Source: Patescibacteria group bacterium (lineage in GTDB: Bacteria; Patescibacteriota; Microgenomatia; Levybacterales; UBA12049). From it: a stretch of DNA of 64,000 bases. Where the stretch lies: positions 23,896 through 87,895 of the forward strand of contig DASYZL010000004.1 of NCBI GenBank assembly GCA_035946335.1. The letters run 5' to 3'. The notes below the pieces were generated by a model, which worked only from the letters and a program-made list of their open reading frames with translations, did not search any database and was not told where the DNA came from. This document shows, piece by piece, positions 59,679 through 64,000 of this stretch; the first letter of the stretch is position 1, and the number at the start of each line of letters is the position of its first letter. A program made the translations under genes and the position numbers.

Positions 59679-60680
59679 ATGCTTGACGATGTACGAAAGC
59701 AGTTTACTTCGGTAAATATTCTTGTCACTTTACTCATCATTGCTGTTGGGATCTATCTCTTTCAGATTGCCTGGCAGGTTCTGGGTATTTTTTCCGATGT
59801 AATTATTATTGTCTTCCTAGCATGGATTCTTAGCTTTGTTCTTGAACCAGGTGTCGTGCAACTTGGTCGCATATTTAAACTGAATAGAATTGTTTCCGCA
59901 AGCGTTGTGTATGCGCTGCTTTTTGGGCTTATCACTGTAACGGTTATTCTCTTTATTCCTGCTGTTTCCAGTCAGACAGAAAATCTCTCGAAAATTTTAC
60001 CTCACTATCTTTCTTCATCACCGCAATTCCTGAATAGGGTAAGTAATACTGTACTTTCCTACCTTGAGTCATCATTATCCTACCTTCCTTCTGTCGCGGG
60101 TGATTTGTTCTATGCTTTTCTTATTTTGATAATCTCATTTTATCTTGTTATTGATAAAGAGAAATTTCAAAAGGAATTATATAGCACTACACCGAAAAAA
60201 TGGCATCCTCATATCCAGTTTACGCAGGATATCGTTGAGTCGACATTTGGGTCATATCTGCGTATACAACTTCTCATTGGAGTTATCGCAGGGGTAGTAA
60301 CGTGGATAGTACTGCAAATTGCTGGCATACAATTTGCTGCCTCTACCGCTGTTGTTGCGGGATTATTAACAACCATTCCCCTTCTTGGACCTGCCTTAGG
60401 CATTACGCCGCCTGTTCTGATAGCGTTCTTAACTAACCCACTGAAGGGACTGATCATCTTTCTTGTCCTTATTATTTTTCAGCAGATTTTGTTTAATGTT
60501 ATTGCTCCGCGACTCCTTGGAAAAGTATTTAAAATGCATCCGATTGTTGTACTGCTTTCATTCATTGTGGGATATAAAGTATTTGGTGCAATTGGAGCTG
60601 TTTTTTCAGTACCTTTACTTGGTATTTTGCTTGTTGTTATTCACCGTCTCAGCAGACACTTTATTGCTGGAGAAAAATAA
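59679..60680 (+). CDS. AI-2E family transporter (PerM/UPF0118)
   Basis: 8-TM topology with the conserved C-terminal GAIGAVFSVPLLG region. Confidence 0.8.
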   Translation: MLDDVRKQFTSVNILVTLLIIAVGIYLFQIAWQVLGIFSDVIIIVFLAWILSFVLEPGVVQLGRIFKLNRIVSASVVYALLFGLITVTVILFIPAVSSQTENLSKILPHYLSSSPQFLNRVSNTVLSYLESSLSYLPSVAGDLFYAFLILIISFYLVIDKEKFQKELYSTTPKKWHPHIQFTQDIVESTFGSYLRIQLLIGVIAGVVTWIVLQIAGIQFAASTAVVAGLLTTIPLLGPALGITPPVLIAFLTNPLKGLIIFLVLIIFQQILFNVIAPRLLGKVFKMHPIVVLLSFIVGYKVFGAIGAVFSVPLLGILLVVIHRLSRHFIAGEK

Positions 60681-60744
60681 TCTAGTCCGTTCGTTGCTGC
60701 ATACGAAAAACGCGTCAGTATGATATGATCATGAGAAGAGAATT

Positions 60745-61959
60745 ATGCTCGTCAAAACATTAAAAGGCTTCCGGGATTATCTTCCACAAGAAGCACGAAA
60801 ACGGCAATTCGTTATGAGTACGTTGAAGAACGTATTCGAGTTATATGGTTTTGAACCACTCGAAACTCCTGTTTTGGAATATGAAGAAATCTTAACTGGC
60901 AAATATGGCGAGGAGGGCGAAAAACTTATGTATCGATTTGAAGATTTAGGCAAACGGAGAGTCGCGATGCGATACGATTTGACAATCCCTCTCTCCCGCG
61001 TTGTAGCGCAGTACCAAAATGATTTATCAATCCCTTTTAAGCGTTACCAGATGCAAAATGTCTGGCGAGCAGAAAATACGCAAAAAGGAAGATTGCGTGA
61101 ATTTATCCAGTGCGACATTGACACTGTTGGAGTGAGCTCTGCTCTTGCAGACGCTGAGATTATTCTCATTACATATGCTGTCTTTGAACGTTTTCGTTTT
61201 TCCGATTACAAAATCCTTATTAACGACAGATCTGTTTTTGAAGGCTTACCAATGAGCGCAATTACTACCATTGACAAGCTAAAAAAAATTGGCGAAGAGA
61301 GTGTATGCAATGAATTGGTTAAAAAGGGCATAACAAATTCTCGGGAAGAAGCAAATAATTTACTACAATCGATCACGCAAAAAGCATTAACTCCAAGACT
61401 TCAGGAAATCCTTACCCTCCTTGATCATTATGGTGTCCCTAAAAACATGTTGGAATTTTCTCCTACCCTTGCGCGCGGACTTGATTATTATACCGGGCTC
61501 ATTGTAGAAGTGGAATCGCCAAATTATCCATTCGGCTCCCTGGCTGGTGGAGGTAGATATGATAATCTGATCGGTATGTTTACCGACAGAAAAATCCCTG
61601 CAGTAGGCATATCATTCGGACGAATATTTGATGCAGTTGATGCATTACACTTATATCCACCAGAACTCGACAACGCATCGACAAAAGCACTCATAACAAT
61701 TTTTTCTGAAGAACTGAAAGAACTGTCAGTAAAAACGAGTTTCTTTCTCCGCGAAAAAAATATTAATACTGAATTATATCTCGATGCAACTACCAGACTT
61801 GAGAAACAACTTAAATATGCTGATCAAAAAGGTATTCCATTTGCTGTGATTATCGGACCTGAAGAGGCTGAAAAAAATATTGTGACTTTAAAAAATCTGC
61901 AGACGCGTGAACAACTGCAACTCCCACTTGAAGAAGTTACCAAAAAACTCCTACAATAA
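60745..61959 (+). CDS. hisS: Histidine--tRNA ligase
   Basis: GFRDYLPQEA, motif 2 (RYDLTIPLSR), motif 3 (GGGRYDNLIGMF) and a C-terminal anticodon-binding domain. Confidence 0.9.
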   Translation: MLVKTLKGFRDYLPQEARKRQFVMSTLKNVFELYGFEPLETPVLEYEEILTGKYGEEGEKLMYRFEDLGKRRVAMRYDLTIPLSRVVAQYQNDLSIPFKRYQMQNVWRAENTQKGRLREFIQCDIDTVGVSSALADAEIILITYAVFERFRFSDYKILINDRSVFEGLPMSAITTIDKLKKIGEESVCNELVKKGITNSREEANNLLQSITQKALTPRLQEILTLLDHYGVPKNMLEFSPTLARGLDYYTGLIVEVESPNYPFGSLAGGGRYDNLIGMFTDRKIPAVGISFGRIFDAVDALHLYPPELDNASTKALITIFSEELKELSVKTSFFLREKNINTELYLDATTRLEKQLKYADQKGIPFAVIIGPEEAEKNIVTLKNLQTREQLQLPLEEVTKKLLQ

Positions 61960-61967
61960 CTATTGCA

Positions 61968-62879
61968 GTGACAGTATCTTATTATAAAAAGGCTGTAATC
62001 GGACTTATTCTCGCAAACATCATTTGGGGCATGGGACCGCCGATTTTCAAATGGTCTTTTCAGGATGTGCCACCGTTAACCGTTGCGTTTTTCCGTTTCC
62101 TGATCCCTGTTATCTTACTTCTTCCTTTCATAAAACATATCCAACCGATACGAATACGAGATGGTTTCTATGTCGTACTTCTTGGACTTATGAATATCTC
62201 GCTTAACATTGGATTGTATTTTATCGGCTTACAATACACAGCAAGCATAAATCAGCCTGTTATTGCAAGTAGTGAACCAATTCTTATTCTACTCGGTTCT
62301 GCAATTTTTCTTCATGACCGAGCAAATAAACGGACTCTCTTTGGCAATCTTGTCGGATTAACAGGTATCCTCTTCATTGTATTGCAACCGGTACTAATGG
62401 CAACAAACATCTACTCATCATTTCTTGGAAATTGTTTATTCATTGGATCGACAATTTCCGCTGCAATTGGCACCATTGTTGCTAAAAAGTTAACAAAACG
62501 GTATAGCGCAATTACCTTGCTTTTTTGGACATTCCTTATCGCAACGATTTCATTTCTTCCTGTACCATTTGAGGAAATCTCCCATCATACGTTTCTCATT
62601 CATCTCACCTGGCAGGGACTGACAGGAATTCTTTTCGGTGGATTAATTTCTTCATTTTTGGGATATGGACTATTCTATTATGGCCTGCATGCGATCAAAA
62701 CATCAGAAATTACTATTTTTCAGTATGTTGATCCTATTACCGCCATGCTTATTGCGGCACCCCTTTTACATGAATATCCCAGTCCGTTATTTCTGCTTGG
62801 TACATTTCTTGTTTTTTTCGGCATTTTTGTCGCAGAAGGAAGAATCCATTGGCATCCCCTTCATCTGTTGTTAAAATAA
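61968..62879 (+). CDS. DMT-superfamily (EamA-like) transporter
   Basis: 10-TM topology with two EamA repeats. Confidence 0.8.
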   Translation: MTVSYYKKAVIGLILANIIWGMGPPIFKWSFQDVPPLTVAFFRFLIPVILLLPFIKHIQPIRIRDGFYVVLLGLMNISLNIGLYFIGLQYTASINQPVIASSEPILILLGSAIFLHDRANKRTLFGNLVGLTGILFIVLQPVLMATNIYSSFLGNCLFIGSTISAAIGTIVAKKLTKRYSAITLLFWTFLIATISFLPVPFEEISHHTFLIHLTWQGLTGILFGGLISSFLGYGLFYYGLHAIKTSEITIFQYVDPITAMLIAAPLLHEYPSPLFLLGTFLVFFGIFVAEGRIHWHPLHLLLK

Positions 62880-62924
62880 CATCGAAACATTGTATTTTGT
62901 GTCAATATTTGTTATACTGAGCCT

Positions 62925-63224
62925 ATGAAAACAGCGATTCATCCAACATACTTTCCAGATGCAAAAATTATATGTGCATGCGGCAACACTATAACCGTGG
63001 GCTCAACGCAACAAACGATTCATGTGGAACTATGCAGCAGGTGTCACCCATTCTATACGGGTGCACAGAAGTTTGTCGATAGCGCAAATCGCATTGATAA
63101 ATTCCAAAAAAAGCAGGTTATTGCGGAAAAATATAAGGCAACTGTTGTAAAGAAAAAAGAGGCAAAAACAGCAAAAGATAATGCTCCGAAGTCACTTGCC
63201 GAAATGCTCGCAGGATTAAAATAG
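62925..63224 (+). CDS. rpmE: 50S ribosomal protein L31
   Basis: [10 protein letters not shown]...CACGN...[13 protein letters not shown]31 zinc-ribbon signature. Confidence 0.85.
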   Translation: MKTAIHPTYFPDAKIICACGNTITVGSTQQTIHVELCSRCHPFYTGAQKFVDSANRIDKFQKKQVIAEKYKATVVKKKEAKTAKDNAPKSLAEMLAGLK

Positions 63225-63265
63225 CAATCCTTATCTACTTCTTCTACGGATGATATAATCATTTT

Positions 63266-64000
63266 ATGGAAGACTATCGACTTACTCAACTTACGCAACT
63301 TGAAAAGCAAATTGAAGAAACCCGTTTGTTATTGGATACTCCGGAATTCGTTCAAATGGCACAAGAAGAACTGGACAGGCTTGAAAACGAAAAACAGCAA
63401 ATCCTCAAGACAATGCAACCAGATGAGGAAGAAAATGATTTAGACCAACGCAATGTACTTCTGGAAGTCAAGGGAGCAGCAGGCGGAGATGAAGCAAAAC
63501 TGTGGGCTGACGAACTATTCCGAATGTATCTGCGTTTTGCTGAAATGAAGAAGTATCCTGTTGAACAGCTCGACGAACATGTGATGAAAATATCCGGCGA
63601 TAATACATTTGGAATGTTTAAGTATGAAGCGGGGGTACATCGGGTACAGAGGACCCCAGAAACCGAGAAACGCGGACGAATCCATACGTCAACTGCGACA
63701 GTAAGTGTTCTACCAGAACTTGAAGATATTGATCTGCATATCAATCCGGACGATATTGAATTTGAAGCATTTCGAAGCGGCGGACATGGCGGGCAGAATG
63801 TGAATAAGGTAAGTACCGCAGTCCGACTCAAACATAAGCCAACAGGTATTGTTGTCACTGCACAGACAGAACGGTTTCAAGGTCAAAATCGGGAGATTGC
63901 GATGGAGATACTTCGGGCGAAATTATGGGAATTAGAAATTGAAAAAAGGAATGAAGCAATCGGCTCTCTGAAGTCAACGCAAGTCGGACGTGGTATGCGT
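63266..64000 (+). CDS. prfA: Peptide chain release factor 1, 3' partial. It runs off the window and is absent from the ORF track because no stop lies within the window.
   Basis: Translation from the ATG at 63266 gives ...[23 protein letters not shown]...[27 protein letters not shown] (PxT-type decoding motif and GGQ). Confidence 0.85.
   Translation, partial: MEDYRLTQLTQLEKQIEETRLLLDTPEFVQMAQEELDRLENEKQQILKTMQPDEEENDLDQRNVLLEVKGAAGGDEAKLWADELFRMYLRFAEMKKYPVEQLDEHVMKISGDNTFGMFKYEAGVHRVQRTPETEKRGRIHTSTATVSVLPELEDIDLHINPDDIEFEAFRSGGHGGQNVNKVSTAVRLKHKPTGIVVTAQTERFQGQNREIAMEILRAKLWELEIEKRNEAIGSLKSTQVGRGMR

Noticed and set aside
63352-63858. 168-aa minus-strand ORF
   Set aside because: Antisense to the clear release factor 1 reading frame (GGQ motif) that runs off the window end; Ser-rich low-complexity shadow ORF.

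Overview
The window is a low-GC (roughly 38-42% by eye) bacterial chromosomal segment using the standard code. TGA and TAA are used as stops, for example in rpsP and gyrB. Gene content and organisation look like a Patescibacteria/CPR-type or similarly reduced genome, but that placement is inference only. Housekeeping loci present include recG (5' partial), rpmF, nusB, rnc, rpsP with a KH protein and trmD, holB-like, gyrB, ppa, gyrA, folD, pyrG, dcd, xerC/D, tal, yebC, rluA-family, efp, pmbA/tldD, tRNA-Leu(CAA), dnaB, hisS, rpmE and prfA (3' partial).

The dominant accessory feature is a roughly 14 kb single-strand (minus) type IV pilus mega-operon at 4409-18561. In order it encodes pilB, pilT, pilC, a small membrane protein, a pilin, a DUF2723/TMEM260-like GT-C glycosyltransferase with TPR repeats, pilD, three tandem pilins, three minor pilins, a PilX-like protein, and pilM, pilN, pilO. 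No secretin is present.

The most unusual locus is 29384-34733. It holds an argininosuccinate-synthetase paralogue with a degenerate PP-loop (SGSLYTT instead of SGGLDTS) fused to a CarB-type MGS-like allosteric domain. An intrinsic terminator follows, then a 523-aa protein whose C-terminal half carries ATP-grasp signatures. Next comes a 357-bp leader region containing a 13-bp inverted repeat, a near-consensus promoter and a terminator-like attenuator hairpin about 25 nt ahead of a 549-aa unknown protein with a CSC-x6-CDC cysteine motif.

Other points of interest are a Pol-beta nucleotidyltransferase convergent with a 600-aa orphan protein beside xerC, an anomalous 812-bp non-coding stretch, several large orphan proteins of slightly higher GC, and a Pro/Gln/Met-rich small protein. 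No CRISPR array, transposase or prophage was seen.
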